Below are positions 10,366 through 20,508 of a stretch of 64,000 nt of DNA, one piece after another; the stretch's first letter is position 1, and the number at the start of each line of letters is the position of its first letter. A program made the translations under genes and the position numbers. The stretch is from Betaproteobacteria bacterium (lineage in GTDB: Bacteria > Pseudomonadota > Gammaproteobacteria > Burkholderiales > Ga0077523): positions 6,780 to 70,779 of the forward strand of contig WGLR01000011.1 in the NCBI GenBank assembly GCA_016125475.1. Reading direction: 5' to 3'. A model generated the notes under the pieces. That model saw only the letters and a list, made by a program, of their open reading frames with translations, had not been told where the DNA came from and made no database searches.

Positions 10366-10556
10366 GCGTGGGAGGTCTCAACGTTCGGGGGGGCGCCACT
10401 TGACACCGGTCTGGTGCAGGGCGGGAAGGTCGATTCGATCGAATATCCATTCCAACAAGATGTTACAGGACCAGCGCAGCGCGACAAAGCCCTTTTTCCT
10501 GGGAAATGGCGGAACGCCGACCGCCATCGGCCCGTTGACAGAGGACACGACGCCCG

Positions 10557-11360
10557 TCAGGCGGCACCTTCGGACGATGACGGGCGCGACACGCACTCGC
10601 GATACGCATGCCACGAGGCGTGACCCACCACGGGTGCGGTCACGACGAGGCCGACGTACCACGTGAAGAATCCGACCCCGACGAGCAGGACGATCGTCAC
10701 TGCCCAGAGCACCATCACGCCGAAGTTCGCGCGGAGTGCGTTGAAGCTCGTGATCATGGCGGTCAGCGTGTCCATGCCGTACCAGTCGCGGAGCATCGGA
10801 ATCGACACGACGGTGGTCGCGAACACGAACAGCGCGAATCCCGCGCCGGCCGCCGCGTACGAGGCCATGAACACCCACCCTTCGGGTGTCGACGCGAGAT
10901 GGGCCAGCAGACTCCCTTCGAAGGGCAGGTCGCCGGTGAAGAACAGTGCCACCACGACGACCGACACGCGGATCCACACCGCCAGCAGAAGCGCGAGGAT
11001 CAGCGCGTAGAAACCCACCGACGGAGCATTGCTCTGCCAGGCGACGAGTGTGTGCGCGAAAACGACGGGCTGACCGAGCTGTCGCTGCCGGCTGATGTCG
11101 TACAGACCCATCGCGAGGAACGGGGCAACGAGCAGGAAGCCCGTCACGAGCGCCAGTTCGAGTGCGGCCTCCCGGACGAACTGATCGATCAGGGCGCCCA
11201 TCACGGCGAAGACGGCGCCGTAGAAGAGGCTCGGTCCCGGCGCGGCACGCATGTCCGCCAGCCCCTGCGACAACCAGCGCCACGGGGCCCCTGGCGCCGC
11301 GACGTTCACCCTCGGCATCACGAACGGCCCGTCTTTGCGGGCATCGACCTGTTCGGTCAT
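10557..11360 (-). CDS. DUF2189-family integral membrane protein
   Basis: 267 aa from the ATG at 11360, preceded by GGGAGGAGGA. Multi-pass membrane protein resembling the cytochrome-oxidase-associated DUF2189 family. The family call is from memory only. Confidence 0.6.
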   Translation of the reverse strand: MTEQVDARKDGPFVMPRVNVAAPGAPWRWLSQGLADMRAAPGPSLFYGAVFAVMGALIDQFVREAALELALVTGFLLVAPFLAMGLYDISRQRQLGQPVVFAHTLVAWQSNAPSVGFYALILALLLAVWIRVSVVVVALFFTGDLPFEGSLLAHLASTPEGWVFMASYAAAGAGFALFVFATTVVSIPMLRDWYGMDTLTAMITSFNALRANFGVMVLWAVTIVLLVGVGFFTWYVGLVVTAPVVGHASWHAYRECVSRPSSSEGAA

Positions 11361-11427
11361 GTTGTTGTCCTCCTCCCACGGCAGGGGAGAAGAATACTCC
11401 AAGCCGCCGGGACCGCCGCGCGCTCCG

Positions 11428-13329
11428 CTAACCTGCGCCTGCCTTCTCCTCGAGGTCGGCCCACCGCTGATACGCCTGCGCAATCTCGGTCTCGAGCTGC
11501 CTGTAACGGTCACTGGAAGCCCGCACGCGTTCGGGGTCGGCGCGGTAGAGGTCACCGTCCGCGAGCAACTCGCCCAGCTCCCCCAGCTCGCGTTCGAGCG
11601 CCTCGATCCGGGCGGGCAATCCCTCGAGCTCCCGCTTCTCGTTGAACCCGAGACCCGCCTTCTGTGATCGAGGACGGGACGTACGCGATTCCTTCACGCG
11701 CTCCGCCTTGTCGACCGGGACGTCGGGGGGCGGACGCTGCCTGACCCAGTCGTCGTACCCTCCGGCATATTCCCTGAGCCTGCCCTCGCCCTCGAACGCG
11801 ATCACCTGCGTCACCGTGTTGTCGAGAAAGACCCGGTCGTGACTCACGAGCATGACCGTACCCGCGTATTCCGCCACGAGCGCCTCGAGCAGTTCGAGCG
11901 TCTCGATGTCGAGGTCGTTCGTGGGTTCGTCCAGCACGAGCAGGTTCGCCGGCCTCGCGAACAGCCGCGCGAGCAGCAGCCGGTTGCGTTCGCCCCCGCT
12001 CAGGGTCCTGACGGGAGATCGCGCGCGCTGCGGTGCGAACAGGAACTCGCCGAGGTAGCTCATGACGTGCTTGCGGGCGCCGCCGATCTCGACCCAGTCC
12101 GAGCCCGGACTGATGACCTCGACGACGGGCAGTTCCGGATCGAGCTGCTCGCGAAACTGGTCGTAGTAGGCGGGCGCGAGTCGCGTACCCTGCCGGATGC
12201 GACCCGAATCCGGTTGCAGTTCTCCCAGCAGCAACTTGATGAAGGTGCTCTTCCCTGCCCCGTTGGGGCCCACTAGACCGATCCGGTCGCCACGCATGAT
12301 GCGCGCGCTGAAGTCGCGGATCACGACCCGCTCCCCGAACGATTTGCTCACGTGCTCGAACTCGGCCACGAGCTGCCCCGAGCGCTCCCCCTGCTCGATC
12401 GCGAAGTTCACCTTGCCGAGACGCTCGCGACGCTGAGAGCGCGCCTCGCGCAACCCTTCGAGGCGTCGCACACGACCTTCGTTCCGCGTGCGACGCGCCT
12501 CGATCCCTCGCCGGATCCAGACCTCCTCCTGGGCAAGCAGCTTGTCGAACTTGGCATTCTCGACTGCTTCCTGCGCGAGCATGTCTTCCTTGCGCTGCCG
12601 ATACTCCGCGTACCGGCAATCGAACACGCGCAGCTTCCCGCGATCGAGTTCGAGGATCTTCGTGGCCACCCTGTCCAGGAACCGCCGATCGTGGGTGACG
12701 ACGACCACGGCACCGGTGAATTCGCCGATCACGGACTCGAGCCATTCGATGGACTGGATGTCCAGGTGATTCGTGGGCTCGTCGAGGAGCAGGAGCTCCG
12801 GATCCACCACCAGCGCCCGTGCGAGCGCCACGCGCTTGCGCTGCCCGCCGGACAGCGTCCCGGCCCTCGCGTCGGGATCGAGACCGAGCCGGGAGATCGT
12901 CGCCTCGACCCGTGCGTTCAGTCGCCAGCCGTCACCGGCCTCGAGTTCGGTCTGGAGCACCGACATCTGGCCGAGGAGCGCCTCGAGGCCGTCTGTTTCC
13001 ACCGCGGTCCGATGCGCCAGATGGTGATAACGGGTGATCGCGTCACGCAGGCCACCGAGGCCTTCCGCCACGGCCTCGAACACGGTGGCGTCCGCCGCGA
13101 GTTCGGGTTCCTGAGGAACGAACGCGACGTGACCCGCGTCCGGCCGGCGCACCTCGCCGTCGTCCGGGACGAGTTCGCCCGCCATCACGCGCATCAGCGT
13201 GGATTTCCCCTCGCCGTTGCGACCGATGAGCCCGAAACGGTCTCCCTTCTCCACGACGAGATCCACGTGGTCGAGGAGCGGGACGTGGCCATAGGCATGG
13301 CTGACGGATGCGAAAGTCAGAACGGGCAT
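11428..13329 (-). CDS. uup: ABC-F family ATPase Uup
   Basis: Two ABC cassettes (GRNGEGKST / GPNGAGKST, LSGGQRKR / LSGGERNR), the AKFDKLLAQEEVWIRRGIEARRTRNEGRVRRL linker and a C-terminal coiled coil, near-collinear with E. coli Uup. Start at ATG 13329. Confidence 0.9.
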   Translation of the reverse strand: MPVLTFASVSHAYGHVPLLDHVDLVVEKGDRFGLIGRNGEGKSTLMRVMAGELVPDDGEVRRPDAGHVAFVPQEPELAADATVFEAVAEGLGGLRDAITRYHHLAHRTAVETDGLEALLGQMSVLQTELEAGDGWRLNARVEATISRLGLDPDARAGTLSGGQRKRVALARALVVDPELLLLDEPTNHLDIQSIEWLESVIGEFTGAVVVVTHDRRFLDRVATKILELDRGKLRVFDCRYAEYRQRKEDMLAQEAVENAKFDKLLAQEEVWIRRGIEARRTRNEGRVRRLEGLREARSQRRERLGKVNFAIEQGERSGQLVAEFEHVSKSFGERVVIRDFSARIMRGDRIGLVGPNGAGKSTFIKLLLGELQPDSGRIRQGTRLAPAYYDQFREQLDPELPVVEVISPGSDWVEIGGARKHVMSYLGEFLFAPQRARSPVRTLSGGERNRLLLARLFARPANLLVLDEPTNDLDIETLELLEALVAEYAGTVMLVSHDRVFLDNTVTQVIAFEGEGRLREYAGGYDDWVRQRPPPDVPVDKAERVKESRTSRPRSQKAGLGFNEKRELEGLPARIEALERELGELGELLADGDLYRADPERVRASSDRYRQLETEIAQAYQRWADLEEKAGAG

Positions 13330-13414
13330 GAGCAGGATGATCCGTAGTACAGACAGGAAAGATCGAACATTCGGCGGGAGCGACCGCGGCAACGACCCGG
13401 AGGATGCCAGAGAG

Positions 13415-13963
13415 TCAGGATCCAGGCAGCTTCAGTGCGACCACCTCGAACGCGACGGCGGCGTCCCCGGCCGCGAACCAGACGTGTCCTTCCTGGATCG
13501 TGCACTGCAGGCTCATCGTCCTGGCAGCCAGCGCCGCGAGCGACGACGTCGCATCGGGCGGCAGCTCGAACACCGCGAGATTCCCGAGACGCGCGAGTTC
13601 GCTGCCGTTCTGCGACCACCACACGCCGACGGAGCGCCCACCGTAAGCGTACAGACTCACGCGTGGGGAACGTCCGCAGGCCTTCCGGATTTCCCGCGGG
13701 TCCGGCAGTCCCACCTCGATCCAGTCCTCGACCGCTCCGGTCAGATCCTTCCGCCAGAGGGCCGGCTCGCCCTCCGAACTCAGTCCCTTCCCGAAAGAAA
13801 GCATCTCGCGAGCGTGGAGCGCGAAAGCGACGATGCGCACCATCATGCGCTCGTCCGTCTCCGACGGATGGCGCGCGATCGTGAGCGCATGCGTGCCGTA
13901 ATGACCGCGGTCGAGGTCGGAGACCTGCAGTTCCGCCTTGAAGATCGTGGACTTGAGTGCCAT
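13415..13963 (-). CDS. yaeQ: YaeQ-family protein
   Basis: MALKSTIFKAELQVSDLDRGHY...HPSETDERMMVR signature of the YaeQ family. Start at ATG 13963. Confidence 0.85.
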   Translation of the reverse strand: MALKSTIFKAELQVSDLDRGHYGTHALTIARHPSETDERMMVRIVAFALHAREMLSFGKGLSSEGEPALWRKDLTGAVEDWIEVGLPDPREIRKACGRSPRVSLYAYGGRSVGVWWSQNGSELARLGNLAVFELPPDATSSLAALAARTMSLQCTIQEGHVWFAAGDAAVAFEVVALKLPGS

Positions 13964-14089
13964 GCAGCCGATACCTGGATGAACCCGCCCGGAGCGGGCG
14001 CGCCCGCACTTTGACGGGACGGACACCCGGACGCAAGGCCGAGAGGCACTCGGCTTGAGGGGACACCTCCGCTACAATCCGCGTCCGGA

Positions 14090-14165
14090 GCCCCGGTAGC
14101 TCAGTGGATAGAGCAACCCCCTCCTAAGGGGTAGGTCACACGTTCGATTCGTGTTCGGGGCGCCA
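14090..14165 (+). tRNA. tRNA-Arg (anticodon CCT)
   Basis: Hand-folded 76-nt cloverleaf: acceptor GCCCCGG/TCGGGGC, D arm GCTC/GAGC, anticodon stem ACCCC/GGGGT with loop CTCCTAA, T arm ACACG-TTCGATT-CGTGT, encoded CCA. Confidence 0.9.
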
Positions 14166-14348
14166 CTCGTACGTGTCCGTCAGGTCGTCCGACCCTCGAG
14201 GTTGCGCCAGCCCTCCGAGCGCCCACACTGCACCTACGTTGATCTCCTCTCACCCTTGCCCGCTCGATCAGTCACCGTGTCTCGGAACTGTGGTGGGGGG
14301 TGTCCGGCGCATTCATGCGGGTTTCCGCCGAAACGGATCCCGGGAGAC

Positions 14349-14381
14349 GGAAAAGACGATGGCCGCGCCAGGCACGGCCAT
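14349..14381 (-). terminator. candidate rho-independent terminator of the phosphoesterase gene
   Basis: On the minus strand, ATGGCCG-9 nt-CGGCCAT hairpin followed by CGTCTTTTCC, 25 nt downstream of the stop at 14406. Confidence 0.45.
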
Positions 14382-14405
14382 CTCCCTGGTTGAATGCGCT
14401 GCGCG

Positions 14406-15656
14406 TTACCGCCCGAACAGATCGTTCATCGTCGTGACGTTGCCGTCACAGGCGTGGTTCAGGCAATCGAGACCGAAGCCCGCTTCCAGCGTCTTCAGCA
14501 GCGAGAAGTGGTCGTATGGCCTGTCGCTCGAAACGCCCAGCTTGCCGTAGTTGATGTCGACGAGCGTCACGACGCGGTTCGGCGCGGTGCTGTAGTCGTT
14601 CTCGTCGAACACGATCACGATCGCGTTCTTCCCACGGCGCCACACCTTCGACTGCTTGATGGCGGTGACGAGTTCCCGCACCGCCGTGTCGCCCGCGGCG
14701 ATCAGCGCCGGATTGTCCTTCGGCGGCGCATCATCGTAATTGCAGTAGGTGTCGGATCCGCCCTTCCCGTGCATGTCATGGCACTGGTTGGGGGCAATGA
14801 ATGCCAGGTTGGGCACATGGCCCGTCGCGAGATCCGCATAGAGACCGTTCAGCCCGATGAAATCGGCGACGTTGCCGAAGCCGTTCTTCGGATCCGTGTT
14901 GGCCTGGACATTGGCGAAGTACACGAACGGATTGTGCTTGACCGCGTACTTGGCGACCGTCTTCTTCGGGTCCACCGGATTGGGATGCACTTCCGAGAAG
15001 CTGCCATCGGACCCGTTCACTCGGTCGACTCCATAAGGACCCAGGTCTTCCTGGTAGGACTTCCACGTCTTGTTGGCCTCGACGAGCTGGTCGGCGATCG
15101 TCTTGCCCGTGATCACGATGTCGGGCAGGAGCGCATCGTGGGAGCACGTCGTCGTGTCGTGCTTCTGCAGATAGACGGGGTCGAAGTTGTCCATCGGCGC
15201 GGACGCACTGCCTTCGTTGCTGTCGTCGCACACCGGGATGGGTGCCTCACGACCGACGTCGGCGATCGGGCACGTGTTCGACTGTGCGGACTCGTCGGCC
15301 GTCACGCCGCTCGCGAGATTCGGCTTGCAGGTATCGTTATGCCAGTCAGGCGAGTGGTCGTTGAGCACGCCGAAGTTCGACCCGCCCACGACCTCGAGAT
15401 AGTTGGTCAGGCTGGGGTGACCGACACCGTAATAGTTGGTGGCGAGATTCGCGGTCCTGGCCATCCCGTTCATGAACGGCGCATTCGCGTTGCCGATGAT
15501 CTGCCCGTATGCGTGGTTTTCCATCATGATCAGGAAAACGTGATCGAGATGGGGAATGCCGTTCACATGGTCGTCACGATCTGCGTGCTCGTGGGCCATG
15601 GCCACGCCGCAGGACAGGGTGGCGGCAATGGCGGCAGAAATCAGTTTTTTGGTCAT
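14406..15656 (-). CDS. secreted phosphoesterase-family protein (AcpA/PlcN-type acid phosphatase family)
   Basis: Signal peptide MTKKLISAAIAATLSCGVAMA, then HVFLIMMENHAY and C-terminal AIVIVFDEND..YDHFSLLKTLE blocks characteristic of the phosphoesterase family. ATG at 15656 with a GAGGA RBS. Confidence 0.8.
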   Translation of the reverse strand: MTKKLISAAIAATLSCGVAMAHEHADRDDHVNGIPHLDHVFLIMMENHAYGQIIGNANAPFMNGMARTANLATNYYGVGHPSLTNYLEVVGGSNFGVLNDHSPDWHNDTCKPNLASGVTADESAQSNTCPIADVGREAPIPVCDDSNEGSASAPMDNFDPVYLQKHDTTTCSHDALLPDIVITGKTIADQLVEANKTWKSYQEDLGPYGVDRVNGSDGSFSEVHPNPVDPKKTVAKYAVKHNPFVYFANVQANTDPKNGFGNVADFIGLNGLYADLATGHVPNLAFIAPNQCHDMHGKGGSDTYCNYDDAPPKDNPALIAAGDTAVRELVTAIKQSKVWRRGKNAIVIVFDENDYSTAPNRVVTLVDINYGKLGVSSDRPYDHFSLLKTLEAGFGLDCLNHACDGNVTTMNDLFGR

Positions 15657-16009
15657 TGGGATCCTCATTTCCTGAAGGACATCGTGAATGTATGGATCTC
15701 CCTTCGCCGCGCTGTGTAGACGTGGCCCGCCATCCTCGGAACGTCTTGTTCGCAACGGATGCGTTCTCGAAGCAGGACCTGCGCGTGTTACGCCGGCGCC
15801 ATTCTTGGCGCGCTCCGTTGCACGGGGATGAACCGGAACTTACACCAGCCCAACAAACGACCTCCGCCGGCCGCAGACCCGCTCAGGAGCGCGTGGTGCC
15901 AGGTCGGGCGCCGGTCTGCGCCGATGGTTGCCGGATGTCACCCCCTGCGTGTCGCGCGGTCGCACCCGCGAAGCGAGCGACCGCGAAACGGCCCGCCGTC
16001 GCCCCCGGG

Positions 16010-16762
16010 TCAAGGCGTTCGTGGCACCGCCCGCCGACGCAGGTTCGTGAATGCCGCGAGTTCCCACTCCCTCATGGCCAGCAGCAGCCCGACCCCACGC
16101 CGTTTCGCAAGTGGTGCGTCGAGACTCTCCTCGTGAAGCTCCGTCAGTCGCTGCCGCAACCTGCGCAGTTCCGAGCGCATCTTCGCGATGGCCGCATCCG
16201 TGAGCATCCCGTGGGAGAACGCAAGAATGTCGTCGGCTCCGACGAACGCGTGTCCCAGGAAGTCGCCCATTCCCTGCCGGAGGAAGTACGCCCGTATCGG
16301 GCCGTTCGGCAGCCAGTCGAAGTCGTGGGCGACGTTGAGGCGGATGCGGTCGCCCGGCAGCAGGTCGATCAGTCGCAACCGGTCGAGTCTCGCGAGTCTG
16401 CCGACGACCTCGGTCTCGGTCAGATCGTAGGCGCGCGTGATCTCGGCGGTCGTCCAGCGATTCAGAACGCACACCGCGACGAGCAGCGTCTTCGTATCTG
16501 CGACGAGTTCGCGCTCCTGCCTCTCGTCGAGCGTCGTCAGTCGACCGGCATGAGCGGCCGACTCCTCCACCAGCTCGACAAGCGTCAATCCGAGCGCCCG
16601 CGCGATCTCGACGAGCCGGTCGACGGTGAAACGTCCCGACGCGAACATCCGCTTCACCGTGGGCTCGGAGATGCCCAGGCTGCCGGACAGGTCCTGGTAC
16701 GTCATCCCGCGGGCTTTCAGCTGGCGCTTCAGGGTGGCGACGAGTCGTTCGATCTCGGACAT
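16010..16762 (-). CDS. XRE-family helix-turn-helix transcriptional regulator with uncharacterised C-terminal domain
   Basis: N-terminal HTH (MTYQDLSGSLGISEPTVKRMF). Divergent from the MFS::acyltransferase gene. Start 16762 or 16792. Confidence 0.7.
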   Translation of the reverse strand: MSEIERLVATLKRQLKARGMTYQDLSGSLGISEPTVKRMFASGRFTVDRLVEIARALGLTLVELVEESAAHAGRLTTLDERQERELVADTKTLLVAVCVLNRWTTAEITRAYDLTETEVVGRLARLDRLRLIDLLPGDRIRLNVAHDFDWLPNGPIRAYFLRQGMGDFLGHAFVGADDILAFSHGMLTDAAIAKMRSELRRLRQRLTELHEESLDAPLAKRRGVGLLLAMREWELAAFTNLRRRAVPRTP

Positions 16763-17060
16763 GGGGAAGGATCGTTTTTCGATACGCGGCATTCTACGAT
16801 CCGCGACTTCTCCGGCCCACGCTTCCGTTCCGGATGGCTTCGAAGCATGCTTGGCCTCGAACGCAGGGAGGAACGATGACGATGGTCACGACCATGCAGC
16901 GGGAAGCGGCAGGGGACATTCGGACGGGGTCGGACGATGGCCGGGAAGAGCCTGCCCCCCGGAGCACGACGGGTCCCACCGTGTCCGTCTGCGGTGGGCC
17001 GTTGCCCTCTACGAGGCCGAGCCCGCGCGCCGGGCGCGTCGATCACCGGGCAGACGAGCG

Positions 17061-18938
17061 ATGAGCTCCCAGTACCAGCTCGTCGGAACACGGCGTTTCG
17101 GTCCGTTCTTCGGCACACAGTTCCTCGGCGCCTTCAACGACAACCTCTTCAAGAACGCCCTCGTCGTGCTGCTGACGTTCCATTCCGCCCAGTGGACGTC
17201 AGTCAGACCCGAACTGCTTTCCAACCTCGCAGCCGGCGTCTTCATCCTCCCGTACTTCCTCTTCTCAGCCACGGCGGGACAGCTTGCGGACAAGTTCGAC
17301 AAGGCGCGACTCGCACGACTCCTGAAGCTTTTCGAGATCGGTATCGTCCTGATCGCAGGCCTCGGCTTCCACTTCCACCATCTCTGGCTGCTGATGACCT
17401 GCCTGTTCCTTCTCGGCATTCATTCGACGTTCTTCGGACCGGTCAAGTACGCGATCCTTCCGCAGCATCTGTCGGAGGAGGAACTCGTCGGCGGGAACGC
17501 TCTCGTCGAAGCCGGAACGTTCGTCGCCATCCTGCTCGGCACGCTCGCCGGCGGCCTGCTCGCGGGGGCGGGACACGGAAATTTCTGGGTTTCCGCGGCC
17601 TGTCTCGCCGTCGCCGCGGCCGGCTATCTCGCGAGCCGAGGCATTCCACCCGCTCCGGCTCCGGAACCGACGCTGCGCCTCAATCCGAATCCTTTCACGG
17701 AGACGTGGCACAACATAGGCTTCGCACGGGCGAACCGGACGGTGTTCCTGTCGATTCTCGGCATCTCGTGGTTCTGGCTCTATGGCGCCCTGTTCCTCGC
17801 GCAGTTCCCGGCGTACACGAAGTCCGTTCTGGGGGGCACGGAATCCAGCGTCACGCTGGTGCTGGCCACATTCACGCTCGGAATCGGCTTCGGTTCGATG
17901 CTGTGCGAGCGTCTGTCCGGCCGGCACGTCGAGATCGGGCTGGTGCCTTTCGGTTCGATCGGCCTCACGCTGTTCGGACTCGACCTCGCACTCGCCTCGC
18001 CGGCGATACCGTCCCCGGAACCCCTGGGCGCGCTCGCGCTGGTCGCGTCACCGGGCACATGGCGGGTGCTCGTCGACCTGTTCGGGATCGGCCTGTTCGG
18101 CGGATTCTTCATCGTTCCGCTCTACGCCCTGATCCAGCTTCGCTCGAACCGGGAGCATCGCGCACGCATCATTGCGGCAAACAACATCATGAATGCGCTG
18201 TTCATGGTCGGGGGAGCACTCGCGGCCGCAGGGCTTCTCTCTGCCGGCCTCACGATCCCCCAGATGTTCGGCGTCGCGGCGCTCTGCAATGCGGCGGTGG
18301 CGGTATACATCTACCGGCTCGTGCCGGAATTCCTGCTCCGGTTCATCGTCTGGCTGCTCGTCCACTCCGTCTACCGGCTCGAGAAGAACGGGATCGAGCA
18401 CATCCCGCACGAAGGCGCCGCGCTCCTCGTCTGCAATCACGTGAGCTTCGTCGACGCGCTCGTGATCATGGCCGCGAGCCCGCGACCCATCCGCTTCGTG
18501 ATGGACCACCGCATCTTCCGGTGGCCGGTCCTGTCCTTCGCGTTCCGGGCGAGCGGTGCCATTCCGATCGCTTCCGCCAGGGAAGACCATGCGGTGATGG
18601 AGAAAGCGCTGGGCGAAGCCGCGGCCGCTCTCGCGAACGGGGAACTCGTCGGCATCTTCCCTGAAGGCGCGATCACGACAGACGGCGAAATCGGCCCGTT
18701 TCGCCCCGGAACGACCCGCATTCTCGAGCGGTCACCAGTCCCGGTGATTCCCATCGGCCTGTCCGGCCTCTGGGGAAGCATCTTTTCGCGCAGCGGCGGC
18801 CGTGTCCTGTCCAGTCCCTGGCGTGCACGGCCGTTTCGTCGCGTGCGCCTGAATGCCGGCCGCCCCCTCCCCGCGCACGTTGCCGAACCGGAAGCACTCC
18901 GCCTCCAGGTGCTCGCATTGCGCGGACGGACGCCGTGA
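17061..18938 (+). CDS. MFS transporter (LplT-like) fused to PlsC-type acyltransferase domain
   Basis: 625 aa from the ATG at 17061. The N-terminal ~400 aa are a 12-TM MFS. The C-terminal ~200 aa carry the NHVSFVDA (HX4D) and FPEGAIT acyltransferase motifs. Confidence 0.85.
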   Translation: MSSQYQLVGTRRFGPFFGTQFLGAFNDNLFKNALVVLLTFHSAQWTSVRPELLSNLAAGVFILPYFLFSATAGQLADKFDKARLARLLKLFEIGIVLIAGLGFHFHHLWLLMTCLFLLGIHSTFFGPVKYAILPQHLSEEELVGGNALVEAGTFVAILLGTLAGGLLAGAGHGNFWVSAACLAVAAAGYLASRGIPPAPAPEPTLRLNPNPFTETWHNIGFARANRTVFLSILGISWFWLYGALFLAQFPAYTKSVLGGTESSVTLVLATFTLGIGFGSMLCERLSGRHVEIGLVPFGSIGLTLFGLDLALASPAIPSPEPLGALALVASPGTWRVLVDLFGIGLFGGFFIVPLYALIQLRSNREHRARIIAANNIMNALFMVGGALAAAGLLSAGLTIPQMFGVAALCNAAVAVYIYRLVPEFLLRFIVWLLVHSVYRLEKNGIEHIPHEGAALLVCNHVSFVDALVIMAASPRPIRFVMDHRIFRWPVLSFAFRASGAIPIASAREDHAVMEKALGEAAAALANGELVGIFPEGAITTDGEIGPFRPGTTRILERSPVPVIPIGLSGLWGSIFSRSGGRVLSSPWRARPFRRVRLNAGRPLPAHVAEPEALRLQVLALRGRTP

Positions 18939-19007
18939 TCGGGCGAGCCGCCGTCGACGTCACACTGCATTAAACCCATGGCGAAACCACACGAAGGAGC
19001 ATGGAAG

Positions 19008-19838
19008 ATGAGGAACACCATATCGGGAGCGCTCGTCGCGCTGACACTGCTGTTCGCCGGGTGCGTGTCGTGGTTCCCGCAGCAGGGCGCGAAGCAGACC
19101 GGCAGCGCCGTCGATTACCTGTATCCGGATGCGAAGCAGCCACCGAATCTGCAGCCGACCGTCACCTACATTCGCCCGCCGGTTCGCGTCGGGATCGCGT
19201 TCGTCCCGGGCGGCAACTGGGCCAAGGGCCTCACGGAAAAGGAGCGCATGGACCTTCTGGACCGTGTGAAGGAATCCTTCTCGGGATACGACTTCATCGG
19301 CGGCATCGAAGTCATTCCCGGTGAGTACATGCGCCCGCAGGGTGGATTCACCAACCTCGAACAGGTCGCACGCCTGCTCGACGTGGAAGTGGTCGCCCTG
19401 CTTTCCTTCGACCAGGTCCAGTTCAACGACTCGAACGCACTGTCCATGCTCTACTGGACGCTGGTCGGCGCCTACGTCATCCACGGTGACCGGTACGACA
19501 TCCAGACGATGGTCGACGCCGCCGTCTTCGACGTGAAGAGCCACAAGCTCCTGTTCCGTGCGGCGGGGACCAGCCAGGTGAAGGGATCTGCTTCGCTGGC
19601 AGGCTTCAACGAGCAGTCGAGGGCCGCGCGCACGCAGGGCTACGACCAGGCCGTGAACGAGCTCATACCGCACCTGAAATCGGCGCTGGAAACGTTCAGG
19701 GAACGAATCAGGACGGACTCGAACTATCGCGTCGAGAACAAGCCGGGTTACTCGGGCGGTGGCGACTTCGGCGCATTCGGCATCGTGCTCGCGCTGATCC
19801 TCGCGGGCATCGCGATCACGGTCCGCCGGGAGTCCTGA
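19008..19838 (+). CDS. rhombotarget lipoprotein with GlyGly-CTERM sorting signal
   Basis: Lipobox LLFAGC at the N-terminus. The C-terminus GYSGGGDFGAFGIVLALILAGIAITVRRES is Gly-Gly + TM helix + basic cluster. Lies immediately upstream of the rhombosortase gene. Confidence 0.8.
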   Translation: MRNTISGALVALTLLFAGCVSWFPQQGAKQTGSAVDYLYPDAKQPPNLQPTVTYIRPPVRVGIAFVPGGNWAKGLTEKERMDLLDRVKESFSGYDFIGGIEVIPGEYMRPQGGFTNLEQVARLLDVEVVALLSFDQVQFNDSNALSMLYWTLVGAYVIHGDRYDIQTMVDAAVFDVKSHKLLFRAAGTSQVKGSASLAGFNEQSRAARTQGYDQAVNELIPHLKSALETFRERIRTDSNYRVENKPGYSGGGDFGAFGIVLALILAGIAITVRRES

Positions 19839-19842
19839 TCCC

Positions 19843-20508
19843 GTGCGTACGACGATCACGCTCCTCATCGCTTGCGGTGCCCTCGCGTTCGCACCCGACA
19901 GCGTCATCGAGTCGCTCTCCTGGGATCGACTAGCCCTCATGCACGGGGAAGTCTGGCGCCTCTGGACAGGCCACGTGATCCATTTCTCATCGACACATGC
20001 TGCGACGGACATCTTCGCCCTCGCGATCGTCGGCGCGATTGCCGAGCGTGAACTGGGCTCGCGTGCGATACGGATCCTGTTGCTCGCGGGGGCACCGCTC
20101 ATCTCCCTGGCCCTCGTTGTCACGGCGCCCGGTCTCGCCGAGTATCGAGGTGCTTCGGCGATTGCGGCCCTTCTGGGTACCGCCGCCGGCCTGCAGCTTT
20201 GGCGGCGCGCTCCCGCCGCGCGAGTCCTCCTGGGATGCATCACCCTGCTCGCAATCGCCAAGACCGCCCTCGACTTCACCGGCCACCTCACACACGCGTC
20301 GAGTCTACCGGCCGGAATTCACGTCGCATGGCAGGCCCATCTGGCCGCCGTGATAGTGGCCGTGACCTTCGCGCAGAGAATGCAGTCGTCGCCATGGACA
20401 AGCCTTCCCGACGGATTCCCCATGCACCTGCAGCCCCCGACTACACTAACCAGCGACGACGGCCCCTCCCGTCGAGGAGACACTCATGCCCACTATCACC
20501 TCTCCTGA
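19843..20508 (+). CDS. rrtA: rhombosortase (rhomboid-family intramembrane serine protease)
   Basis: GTG start 4 nt after the lipoprotein stop. GEVWRLWTGHVIHFS motif, the GASA segment (in EYRGASAIAALLG) is the candidate rhomboid-type GxSG-like active-site motif, multi-TM, about 220 aa. Confidence 0.8.
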   Translation: MRTTITLLIACGALAFAPDSVIESLSWDRLALMHGEVWRLWTGHVIHFSSTHAATDIFALAIVGAIAERELGSRAIRILLLAGAPLISLALVVTAPGLAEYRGASAIAALLGTAAGLQLWRRAPAARVLLGCITLLAIAKTALDFTGHLTHASSLPAGIHVAWQAHLAAVIVAVTFAQRMQSSPWTSLPDGFPMHLQPPTTLTSDDGPSRRGDTHAHYHLS

